Source: Trichoplax adhaerens
Taxonomy: Eukaryota > Animalia > Placozoa
Length of the DNA: 64,000 nt
Reading direction: 5' to 3'
NCBI RefSeq assembly: GCF_000150275.1
Contig: NW_002060947.1
Coordinates: 1,973,740-2,037,739 of the forward strand
Shown here piece by piece: positions 52,301 to 64,000 of this stretch. Every line of letters begins with the position of its first letter. Position 1 is the first letter of the stretch. The translations under genes were made by a program, and so were the position numbers. Below the pieces are notes generated by a model. It had not been told where the DNA came from, searched no databases, and was given only the letters and a program-made list of their open reading frames with translations.

Positions 52301-53871
52301 ATAGTGAATAAAACGCCTAAGTATTAGTAGAGGTTTCAATTGAGGAAACTAAATGCTTACAATTTAACTAGTACGGATATGAAAGCTAAGTATGAAAAAA
52401 TGAGCTAATCAACATAATAATTTAATGAATTCACAACATCTACCGTACAAATTTAATGTTGAATTGAAGTTACGCTGACAAAATACTGTATGCTGTGTTA
52501 TAATTATTGTTAAAAATCATGGAAGAAAATAAAATGATAGTAGATAATCCTATGGTTATAAATAAACAACTTATTATGATAGAGTAGGAAATAGTATTGT
52601 TATAAAGGTTTGTCATGTGAACACTAAATAACAATATCTTAACTTGTCATAATAAAAGACAGTAACAATTATGACGATGAAGGGGTGGAGTAGTAGACGG
52701 AATAATGACTAACGTCACGATATCTTGAATAAAGTTTTGAAAAATAATTCTAAAGATAGCAGAATATGCATCAAGCTAAAGCTGTAATCTTACACTGTAG
52801 GAATGATTTCTTGTGATTGAGAAATCATTAGCTTACTCTTCTGATCTACTCGCCTGGCTATAATTTATTATCTTCAATTTCTTATCGTTTCAATTGCATT
52901 AGTAGACTAATTTAATTATTATACTGTATTCTACCCAAATCCTTCTTTATTATTTAAGCTGATATTTATATCTGTCTTTTATTGCTCTAATCGCATACTA
53001 AATCAAAAATCAAGGAAATCAATACAATCCTTGGTAGAAGAACAATTCTTTACAGTATTTTTCAAAATAACTCAAATTATATCAAGATATCTAAGAGAGC
53101 ATTAGATTGAGTAATACTGTATAGATATTTCTATTTATTGTAACAGAAACATTTGAGAATAGTCAGCCAATATATTTTCCTATCGATAAAATGCCTAGAA
53201 ATTTTATCAAATTAATGACCGCCCATCAATATTAGTAGTGTTCTTACTACATCATGCATGAATGCATGTCTATAATCATGATGATAAGAATGCAATAAAC
53301 ACTTTGACGAGCTAAAAATTATTAACATTAACTCTACAACCGATGTCACGTAAATATGCTTATACGTGGAAATTACTTTCTACAATACTCGTACATACCT
53401 GAAATTGTTTGCCTATACGATATTATCAGTTCGATCTTGTATCGACTACGCTACTAAACAGCAAAGATCAAGCTCAGCTTAATGCAATTGACTAATTTCA
53501 AATAACTAAATATGCATTGCTATACAGCAACAACTCTCATCATAATGTGATATCGCTTACAGTATGTAAGAAAGTAATGAGTGGATATATACAAATACCG
53601 CTATGCGTCAATTTGTATATTAACAGTCTATCATGATCGCTAGACTTCAACTAAATATTGCTTTATAGTAACAATAGGCATTAGTTAAACCTTGCTTTTA
53701 GTCTGTTTTAGTCACTATAAAATAGATTGAATCCTGTAATTGATCTATTTTTGATAAGATGTTGTCTACAACATAGCATAGCAATGAAGAAAATGTGGTA
53801 TTGACCGATCGATATTAAAAGTGTAACTAACCATTTTTATATTATTTAAACTTTTGATCATAATAATTTTA

Positions 53872-53921
53872 ATTGATTGACTGATTGATTGACTGATTGA
53901 TTGATTGATTGATTGATTGAT
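53872..53921. repeat. (GATT)n microsatellite
   Basis: attgattgactgattgattgactgattgattgattgattgattgattgat. Confidence 0.9.
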
Positions 53922-56900
53922 CGCCAATACATAGAGTGATAACGTTATAAGATGGCTATATAACAATAACAATTGTTATTTGTAACAAATTAATATTTAC
54001 TGTAATCATATTTGACTGTTAGAATTAAAATACAAACGTGATAGCTAGCCATCAAGACGGTAAAGTTCATCACCATAATAGCATGAATTTCCTAATGGGT
54101 AGTATAATTTTAGCCATTTATAAACTTCTTCTCATCAATATTGATTAGAGATAGACGATTAAACTAAAGGCATCTGTTGTAGTAGCTAGTTTACAAGTCG
54201 TTGTAAAGCTATGCTGGTCAATTAACTCCATTGGTTGCTTACTATTCTATCCATTATGATCTTAGCAGTCGCATGGATTATTGGCAAAAGATTAAAATTG
54301 ATAATTGATCCTAATATCAACTTGGCAATCAATAGTCACCTATATCGCCATAGCCTTTACAGAAGGTAATATTCTTCCATTTGGTCTAAAGTGAAATAAT
54401 ATAAAAACCAATCATTAAAACAATATTGTAATGATAAGAATGCTCGCTAATAATAGTAGACAAAGAAAGAATGTACATGATAATTAAAGATGGTAGAAAT
54501 GAAATAAATAATAGAAATGATAATATTCAATCCTTTATCAATGCGATAACATTGAAAAAAATTTTGACACAAAAATAGTAAATAATGATTCATAGATATG
54601 ATTGATGATAAGCAGCTCTATCTACAGTAAATACAATCAATTCGGCCATCAACTAGTCATCGTACTGTATTTCAATCAATTAGACTACAAAGGAAACAGA
54701 ATTATCGCTTTAAAATACATTCTGTAGCCTAAAACAATTTAACGATAACCATTAAAGTTCAAAAGTAGAAAAATTTAACGGTAAGAAAATATTTAATACT
54801 GCTTGCAAGGATGAATCCAAAATCTACTAAAGACGTAAAAATGGAATAATCGCTATTATTAGTACAATCTAAAAATACTCAAATCCCCTGCTAATTAGTC
54901 GACTGTCTGATCGTGCAGGCTAAAAAATTTCAAGCTAAAAATAAAATGATATTAACATCAAATGAGAGAAGAAAAATATGAATATAATAAATGTCTATCT
55001 TCAATCAATTGATGTGAATGCTTAGCTGTTATTTTATTTTTTCTAGCCTTTTCACTTTTAACTATAGGTATTTTAGCAGTTACACTTCTTAATGTAAATT
55101 AATAGGGAGGAAATATAAATATCATAACCTATGCAAATGGGATTGAAAGATCAATATAGCACAAGATTAAAATTGCCATAACATTTGGCCTATAGCGCGT
55201 ATTGTATTATAATTAACTCATGGAATGGCATTGCCTAATGTTATCCATCCTTCATCTTACCTCCTATTGATAATTTTTATTGAATCAGATTACGATACTG
55301 AACTTTACCATTCTACAGAATATACCGTGCACTTATAGCAATATCTTATGGTTGATTTAGAATAAAATTGTAAAGTATTAAGCCTATATTAAGTATTATC
55401 TTATGAGTAGCTAGTGCAAAGAATACCATAATCTCTCATATCTATCATCATATGATGCCTTTAATTGGATCAGATTATTACAGTTAACTCGTGCATCATG
55501 TATATCAACCGTTCAAAATAATACCATACTTGATTGTAATGAAAGTTTAATAATTATAATATGTAGAGTTATACTACTTGTGCCTTACATGAATTGACTT
55601 TCTAAACTAGTTGTGCTTTACCTTGATATTAGCTATACTACGCGTACAGTGTTATTTCTATTAATACCTCATAATGTAGCATAAATTTATTGAGCAGTTG
55701 AGTACCTAGCTAGTCAATTTGATAAACTTCTATATGTACTCAGTTCAAGTAAAAATTGAGCGATCACATATCACAGCACGTAGTTATTGCTTATTACTTC
55801 CTCGTCACGCATTGAACTATTTTAGCTTTATGCTCTTTTGTAATAATAATGCTGTTGCAGCAGTGCAATTTCTTCAATTAAAATGCCTAATCTTGATTAC
55901 CACGTACCTTCTTTAGTCAATTCGATAAATAATTCATTCACTAATTAATTAATACAGTCAATACAAATGGCTAAGAGCAAAAGAAGATTAGACCAACAAT
56001 ATTAGCTAGAGTAATTTACACTGAGAGCTGCAGCAGTTGTTACGAGGAATCAATATAATCGATTTTCAGTTACATTTATCGTATAGACAATACTGTGGTA
56101 AGAATATATTAGTTATAGAGTCATTCAGAAATAAAGAGTTGATTAAGTAATTTTAGATAATAAACTGTTATTCATAAAAGTAATATACAGCATTAGAAGA
56201 TATTGATAACACAATCTTATTAGTATTACTATTTATAAACGCCAAATTATACACGTCCTTGTATCCAACAGATCGATGCTATGAAAAAATGTATACCACC
56301 TGACTGAACACAGTCTTAATTATGACGCACAGCTTTTTTATCAGATCAGAAATTTTGAATTTGTATTACTAAAAGCTAACTGCGATGACTAATACTCATG
56401 CCTTTGATGATGGAATTGTATATCCAATTATCAAATAGCCTAAGCGAGCAATGATCTCTTGGTAAACGATGACGATCGCCACCGAGAGGATATTAAAATA
56501 CAACCCTCTAAATAATTCTCAGTTTGATTACTGATATCACTGTTTATGACTCAAAAGAAACAAGAGTGGTCTTGCTGTTAGAGAGAATTGCTGACTAATT
56601 TTCTTACTTTACATAAGACAGCAATCTTTTATTACCCAGTATTGTAATAGTAATTTTAAGGACTAAATTAAATCGATCAATGTTATTTACTACGTTGGCC
56701 GTTGCATGTTAGCACCTAATCAGTCTATTAATACAAGGAATAAAATGTCCAAATATAGTATCAATCCATGATAGAAGAAGTAGACTTTCACACTTATCGT
56801 CTTCCCTGCTTAGTTAGTAATGTATATGAGCCAGAAGACTTTCCTTACAGGTTATGAATGAATTAATTAATTAATTAATTATTATTATTAATTTACTCAT

Positions 56901-58434
56901 TTATTTAGTGTACAGGCAATGTTGGGATTTTAGTATGGATATTTTTTTATAATTTAGTCCAGTAGATCGATAAAAGTGGACGTTATCCATTCACTATGAT
57001 CGAATATCTAGCCAACGTAGCAATTCAACAACCCTAGACATTATTCTACATCGATTGCAGTGGTTACTTTGCTATCAAAGTAATATCGCAACTCACTTGG
57101 AATTGAATAGTCCCACTATTGATCAATATTGTATGCTTCTGTCAAGATAGAAGAGAATGGATCGATATCCATTGCTCAAAAATATTCTACAAGCTTATCA
57201 TGTCACTCTATGGAGTTGATATTGGTTATCATCATCATTCAATCTATTGCAAAATATCTAAACTTATTTCTAAGTAAAATTGTCATCCTGCTGTTTACAA
57301 CTGGTGAAAAAATGATCATGATGACTGGAAATACAGTACTTTGCGATAGATAGATCATCAATAAAGCATATACAATCAGCTTGATATTGACGATACACAA
57401 TTCCATTGCTAGCAGCCCCTATCCACTAGCAGAATATCATCCGTATTCATTGAATAGTACGATGTTTCTCCTACTCATCAAGTTAGCAAGATTTTACTTC
57501 TATTCCCCATGGCGCCATTTTTTATCTTCTTGACAGTGTAAAAGTAGCTAGAGATAAGTTGATAATAAACACGATATGAAGCTGAAACAAGAGTGAAAAT
57601 AGAGAGATTGACTATACCATGATCAACATCAATTGAAATCGAGTCTATCCCATAGTCTGCATGACCCATTAGCAACAGTATGCTAAACAAGTGTGCGATC
57701 AACGTGTTTTCCAATTGGCTATTGTCTTCGACTACAATACAAGTACAATAGTGAAGACAATAGCTATTGTCTAGCATTGATTATGTATCAAACGATCGTT
57801 TTACTATCGATTCACCTGCAGTGGATGAAGCTGGCGTGTGTCACGTTTGTTTCAAATCATTTGTATGACAAGATGGCCTAGTGCAACTGTTTAAACATGA
57901 CTTGTCCAACAATACAAGAGAGAGTCTTTTTAACTGATAGAAAAAACTTATGAGTACAGTCATGTAATCCACATTGTATTGACTTCAATTTAAAGGATCG
58001 ATTTGACTGGACTCACTGGATCGAATAGAAGCATGAATGATGAGCGGAAATTCTCTCCATCCAGAAATAGTCGAATTATCCATTGGATTATTTCGATGTT
58101 GATGAACAACATGAAACTTAATATCAATCCTTTGCTTAACATTAAATTCTATTTTGTGTCATCCACACCAGCTGGTAAATTGGACCAGCACCGCCATGCA
58201 ATGAGAAATTGGCATACGATCGCTTTTAACCTGACGCCAACTAGCTTGAAGCAATAGTAGTATCAGCCTAGGCCACCCCCACTGTCTCTCCATCAGCCGT
58301 CTGATGATGAAATATTACAATACCTTGTACTGTAGTCAAATGATCGCCAAGATAAACAACAAGAAGAAGAATAACATCAATCTCAATGCCGGCCCGACCT
58401 TCCCCAAATCCTTTTCAATGCTATCAGAATATAA

Positions 58435-58530
58435 CAGGTGCAAATACAGGTGCCAATCAACTTGATGCCTTGCAAGCAATTTGATTGCAAATCTTATTCA
58501 AGTATTCACCTTCGATCGGCTATATATATA
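58435..58530 (+). promoter_or_regulatory. Putative POU4 proximal promoter: two CAGGTG E-boxes, CCAAT, TATA
   Basis: CAGGTG at 58435-58440 and 58447-58452, CCAAT at 58453-58457 and TATATATATA at 58521-58530, about 90 bp before ATG 58620. Confidence 0.5.
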
Positions 58531-58619
58531 CGAGTTGATGACAAATTGGATCCACATTGAAGCATTTTGCATTGCGTTGGACGAGCTCAGCTACGGTATT
58601 TCATTCATTGGATCACAAC

Positions 58620-58742
58620 ATGAATCAACATACTTTTGGCAATACTGAAATGATTCTCAAACCTGAGAATACTTATAGCCGTTATGGAAGTGTTGTACCT
58701 AGGCCATCGGAAAGTTACGCTAATATTAATCCAAGCATTAAT
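58620..58742 (+). CDS. POU4: Probable first coding exon of the POU4 gene
   Basis: MNQHTFGNTEMILKPENTYSRYGSVVPRPSESYANINPSIN is followed by a perfect phase-0 donor GTAAGT (58743), which is frame-compatible with the phase-0 acceptor at 63485/63486. It loosely resembles POU4 N-termini (MN..F....L.E..Y). Confidence 0.6.
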
Positions 58743-61700
58743 GTAAGTTATTCCAACTTTTCAACACATTTCAATTTAGTGGTTAATTGCTTTGTTACTC
58801 GTCTAATTTTTTAAACCCCCTTTGACCTCCTTTATATTCATATTACCGACAACCACTTTTCTGGTTTTTTTCTTGCAATCTACTAACAGATCATAACGTA
58901 TAGATTGGTGTACAGTTTGATATTGCTACAATGATAAGGATCTTTTTCTGTCTATCTTTTGTCAAATTCACTTTCTTTTTAAAAGTATACATTTTCCTTC
59001 TCTTTGATTGTACTATCTCTCGCCATCTACCTATCTCCATTACAAAGATAATCTAATCCAATGGTTTTTTTTTAGATTGAAATCATTCGTTATATTCTCT
59101 ATTTTATTATCGTTAGATAAAAGATCAGCAATTAATAATCTTTTCTACAATTTACCATCTCTAATTGTATCCATCTACTGTCTTCGATCATTTCAAATTT
59201 CGACTTTATAATGCACTTGAGGATCAAATTGTAGTATCAATAGTACAATTGTATTCAATACATACACTTATTACTATCTTGATAGTATCAATATTAATTT
59301 ACTGCTACTTACTGCGTGCAGTATATTTACAGCTCTTTTCATCCAGTTAGAAAAATTAATCCATAAATGAAACTATTTATTGAGCTAAACGAACAAAAGT
59401 GCAATCGAAAATCAATACACGCGGTCGATAGAGCATAGCATCAACATCGCTGTCATTACTATACACTCCAATTTAAAAACTAGATTGAAAATGAATCCTC
59501 TCTATTTTTGATGTACTTTTTCAAAATGAATCTACCCTCTATCTTGCCTCTATTTACTATATATTAGAATAAAATCACATGCCTTTATCCAACCGAAATT
59601 TTAAGCATACTCTTAGTGAATTGTTACACTGGATACTGTATCAATTATTTTAATATCGATACGAATATATCAAACTAGCAGTTGGCTACTTTTCCTTTAA
59701 CTTTATCATCATAGGATAACACCTAATTCTTTTACTAGAAAGTTTGCAGAAAAGCTAACTGCAAGTATCAAACATCCAACATTTTTCTGATGCAACATAT
59801 AGACAACAAACTGCAGTTGATTACAACAAGGTTCAAAATTAACTTTTCGTGGGTGCGACCGTAAACTCAGTCTGATGAGTCAGTAGATATCGGATAACTA
59901 ACCAACCCTTTATCTTAATAAATACGTCCTGACTATACATTATGCTATATAGTAAAGGGGAAGCTCGATTACCATCATCAATCAATCAATCAATAACCCA
60001 TCCAACATTATTTTGAATTCGTTTTTTTTTCAGTCCTTTAACAGCACTACCTTCTTTTTTCTTTCTGCAAGAACATGAACTATGACTAGTAAAATATAAT
60101 CGTTCCTTTTAACATCTGCACTAAAACGAGTTACAGACAAATAAACTGAATTTTTTGAAGGGATATTTAAGGCTAAAGATCAGCGACTAACTCATTTCTC
60201 CTGATAGATAGATTAGTGATCGATGTTCTAGTTTAATTTTAGAAATATATTTTAAAATTTCCATTGATTCTAATTCGTCACGTCGTTGTCAAGCCTTGAT
60301 CTTCAATTTATTATCGAGTGTAAATACACGGATGAACACTATACACTATCAAGTCAGCATCGATATCAAGCCTTTCCCAACCCATTTCTATTTCTTGTCA
60401 TTTTCCGTAAAAATATTTTTTCTATTAATATCAACGTTTGAAAACAAATTCATTATATCGTCATTAATCGTGTCAACTGCTATCAACTTTATGTTGACAA
60501 CCATCGTCTACTGCCATGCTTTTTTATTATCCTTTGATAATTTTAATACAAGACAGCATTTAACGGTCGCAATTAAAATTGATGATAGTTTGTCTACTAA
60601 TCGTCGCCTCTAATAAAAGTTGCGTATTCTCGACGTTAATCATGATACAATGTAACTTAGTATAGAACCCCAAACAACAACTAACCACTTGAATTTAACT
60701 GATATTGTTCTCCAGGTTATACTGTAATTAGGTCCCATAGTCGCACTTTGATCAATGCATAGAACTATTGTACTATTCTTCCATTCTTATTGTATATTCT
60801 ATTCTGCTATTTTTTTGTTACTTCATTGTTTGACTGGTTTTGGCATTTTATATTGATACGAGCATATCAGTAAAATTATAAGAAAGTTTAGCATCATGTT
60901 ATGATGGACATTTTCCATCATAAAATGAACGATAATATCCGTCAGTTTGCTTATATTTTGCCCCTTGTTGATTTCGATTTTTTGTATTATTGCTTAGAGT
61001 CAATTATAGAACATTACAATCATTATTTGTCCCCTAATAGATAAGGATACTCATATAAACAAAAGCGAAAGCGATCAATAACACAGAAAATGATACTATA
61101 TAACTTTAGAAATATTCCGATAGTTTGACTGAGTAAGGAAAAAGATCGATTATCAATAAAAAAGAAAGAAAGAGGATAATTTCAAAAACTTGGTGCTTGT
61201 ATTAAATGGATAAAGAAGCTCAATAAATATAATGTTATGAATAATTTCATTGACGTGTAATTGACGACTAACTTGATACTGCTATTGACGAGCGGGATAA
61301 ATAATGGTTTTAACTTTGGTTTCTTTACTTATTCTTGTTTTGTCTGATCCCTTTCCTTAATTGACTTATTTTTCTTCGCTAACTAAAGGATTAGTTCAAA
61401 TGTATTAATCGATGTTCGTGATCATCCTTCTTATTTACCAGTCTTGCAATAAATTTAGACTACTTTCGTCGTTGGTATGACAAAATATTCAATTCTATTG
61501 CACCACTGATATTGTCGAACTAGCTTAACGAGTCTAATTTCTATATTTTCTCTCTGGTAAATGTTATAAAATTAGCAATTTAGTTTACCATTTTCAATAT
61601 TATTTTTACTAATGAAGTGCATCCTATTTTTTTAAACAGCAATGATAATAAGTTTCATTATAGCGTCTATTGATCAGCATATAATAGATAGTAAAGAAAT

Positions 61701-63485
61701 TAGAGATAGCTACGCCAGACTAAAATTGAAATCAAATTAGAAAATTTCTCTTTTTAACTCTTCCTAAGTTTCTTCCTATAGACCAAATACAATCAAGAAA
61801 TAGCCAAATGTTTGAAAAATGACCGTATTACATTGATAATGAAAACTGCTTCGATCTTAAAGATATCACTTATTGAATACTAAGATGAGCTAATAAAAGC
61901 TTGCTATCGCATCCAACCCCACGATGGTAGACACATTTAAGAGAAATAAACCCCTAATGAAACACTTAACAATATTCTGATGTCTTATCCTTCTTTCCAA
62001 TTCTATCATTACTTAAATAGTAGTTAACATTTAGATATTTTTGGTAGTAACTACTGGGCGTTAACAGTCGTTGCAAAGTAGGGCAGTGTTTATTCTACAG
62101 TACGATATCTGATGCCGTGGAATTATGACCGTAAATATATTTCTTTCAAAATGCAAATTATCCCAATAGCTTGCGTCTATCCCATTCTAGAATAAAAGAT
62201 GATTTTGTCCGTTTTCAATAAAAACTATAGTAATCTTAAATTTAAGCGCCATATTTTCAATTTCATGGACTAAATTCGGCATGAATATTTAAACATTTCG
62301 TGACTTTAGTTTTACACCATTGACTAATAATCCTTTATTTCTGGCTTTAAAAATTTTGAATATACAACAAGAGATCCATTTTCTTCAATATGTTGAATTA
62401 TTATTGCCATTAAGTTTATTAATTATATACAATAGCAGTCTTCATTCCTTTTTGTAGTGTAACTGTTGGTCGATACATGATATTGCGTAAGTGGATCTTT
62501 CTGTGTTAAAATTGATAAACGTTACATATACTTCTAGCAGTTTTTTTTAAATATTCATTAACTGTATGAAAGGCCACTTTTTTCTACGATAATTTATCAT
62601 TCAAATATACGTTATAAAAAATTCGATTTACCTGTAGATACTCATAAGCTGCATCTAATTTTAGTACAAGTACATTATTATGCAAAATTATTTTCTATAA
62701 TTTCTTACACAGTGAATAAAAACATTCTATTGATGTCGTTATTCCTATACTAATACTGAAATTGATAAGTAATCTATGACTTTGTATAGTATACCATATG
62801 CTTTTATTTCACCTTATTTTATTAAATGACTACAATCATGCTTTATCATTGAAACTACATAACAAATTCATGGTAGGATATGCAATAGTTTGGGACAATT
62901 TTAAAACTTAATTGGCATTTTATAAGCAGATTTTAAACGTCCGTGTAGAGCCTACTTTAAATCATTCCAAGCCATATAAATTACTGATTTTTCCTGCATT
63001 AATCATACTAGATAAGTTATCACTTCATGTGAATAAAAGGATGAAAACTTTCTATTTCGCAGAATTATTTATTTTCTAAAGTAATTGGAGTGACCTTCTT
63101 TCTTGTAATCTATCTATCCAACATATTAATATTATCATATGCTGTTATTTAATGAACTTTCAAGAGACTCGGCTAAACAAACAAGAAATGATCTAAACGC
63201 TATCATTGAAAGATAGAAGTTTGTGGTCAACTCCCATGTAGTAGATTAGATAATCAGTATCATTCGTGTGAGCTAATCTAATTCTCTCAATCAATCTTTC
63301 TAATCATATCTGTTATTAGTATCTCTTGTTATTTTATACGACCTTTATCGTTATACTTTTTATCGACCTTGACCTTGATATCATAAATTTATTTCAATCC
63401 TATATTACCTACACGAGGTCTTAGAATTAATTAAACATAATTCAACTAATTAAAGACAATTTTTTAAATATTATTTCATGATTAG

Positions 63486-64000
63486 ACTGATGGTAATCCT
63501 TATTTAAAACGTCCTGAGCAACATGGCCCTGGACCTATCAGGACATTACAATTTGATCAATTTCGCGGGCCTGATCATTCCAAGCATGATCGACGACATA
63601 TGCCTTGCCATTTCACTACCGATCAATTTCAAGCTCAACTAGGTGCAACATTTAAAGATTCAGCTCTACATAACATGGTACATCATAGCCTCCTTGATCC
63701 TATGCGTAATGATGGCGCTTCCAATATGATTTCCATGCAAAACGACTCCCAACAATCGGATATCGAAAATGAGCGTTTGGGATTGGAATTGTTCGCTGAA
63801 AATTTCAAACAACGACGGACTAAACTGGGGGTAACACAAGCCGATGTAGGCGCTGCTTTAGGTAATTTAAAAATTGCTGGAGTCGGTTGCTTAAGTCAAT
63901 CAACTATTTGTCGCTTCGAATCGTTGACATTAAGTCATAACAATATGATGGCATTAAAACCAGTCTTGGCTGCATGGCTAGAGAAAGCAGAAGAAGTTTA
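63486..64000 (+). CDS. POU4: POU class IV (Brn-3/unc-86/acj6-like) transcription factor, POU-specific domain exon, truncated by window end
   Basis: Open frame from ttag|ACT GAT GGT to the window end. It encodes [71 protein letters not shown]. The [27 protein letters not shown] segment is diagnostic of class IV. The ORF track misses it because there is no stop within the window. Confidence 0.95.

Noticed and set aside
39404-60613. Scattered 60-105 aa ORFs in the desert and POU4 intron (e.g. 57478..57777, 60296..60613)
   Set aside because: Low-complexity I/L/F/N-rich translations typical of AT-rich non-coding DNA, many without ATG. Only 58620-58742 has promoter and splice support.
55925-61252. 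POU4 autoregulatory sites (TAAATAATTCAT, ATGAATAATTTCAT, (TAAT)n at 56861)
   Set aside because: Such AT-only motifs arise readily by chance at this base composition.

Overview
AT-rich eukaryotic (animal) DNA with many short introns. Its compactness and gene set suggest an early-branching metazoan such as a placozoan, but that is inference. In order: (1) a 9-exon TTC29 ciliary TPR gene on the minus strand with an RFX X-box upstream; (2) an intronless iodothyronine-deiodinase-family selenoprotein on the minus strand, which the ORF track splits at an in-frame Sec TGA (5001-5003), with a clear SECIS hairpin at 4037-4127; (3) a 2.5-kb divergent intergenic region with two tandem duplications, MRE-like cores and a nested inverted repeat; (4) three tandem ATP7-type P1B Cu-ATPase paralogs on the plus strand; (5) about 19 kb with no recognisable gene; (6) a POU class IV gene that runs off the window end. 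The first two ATP7 copies are canonical pumps. The third keeps an intact 18-exon reading frame but has lost the phosphorylated Asp (DKTGT>NKTGT), GDGIND, TGE and the transmembrane Cu ligands. It looks like a maintained, catalytically dead pseudo-pump and is the most interesting object here. Exon coordinates were derived by hand from splice signals and reading frame and may be off by a few bases.
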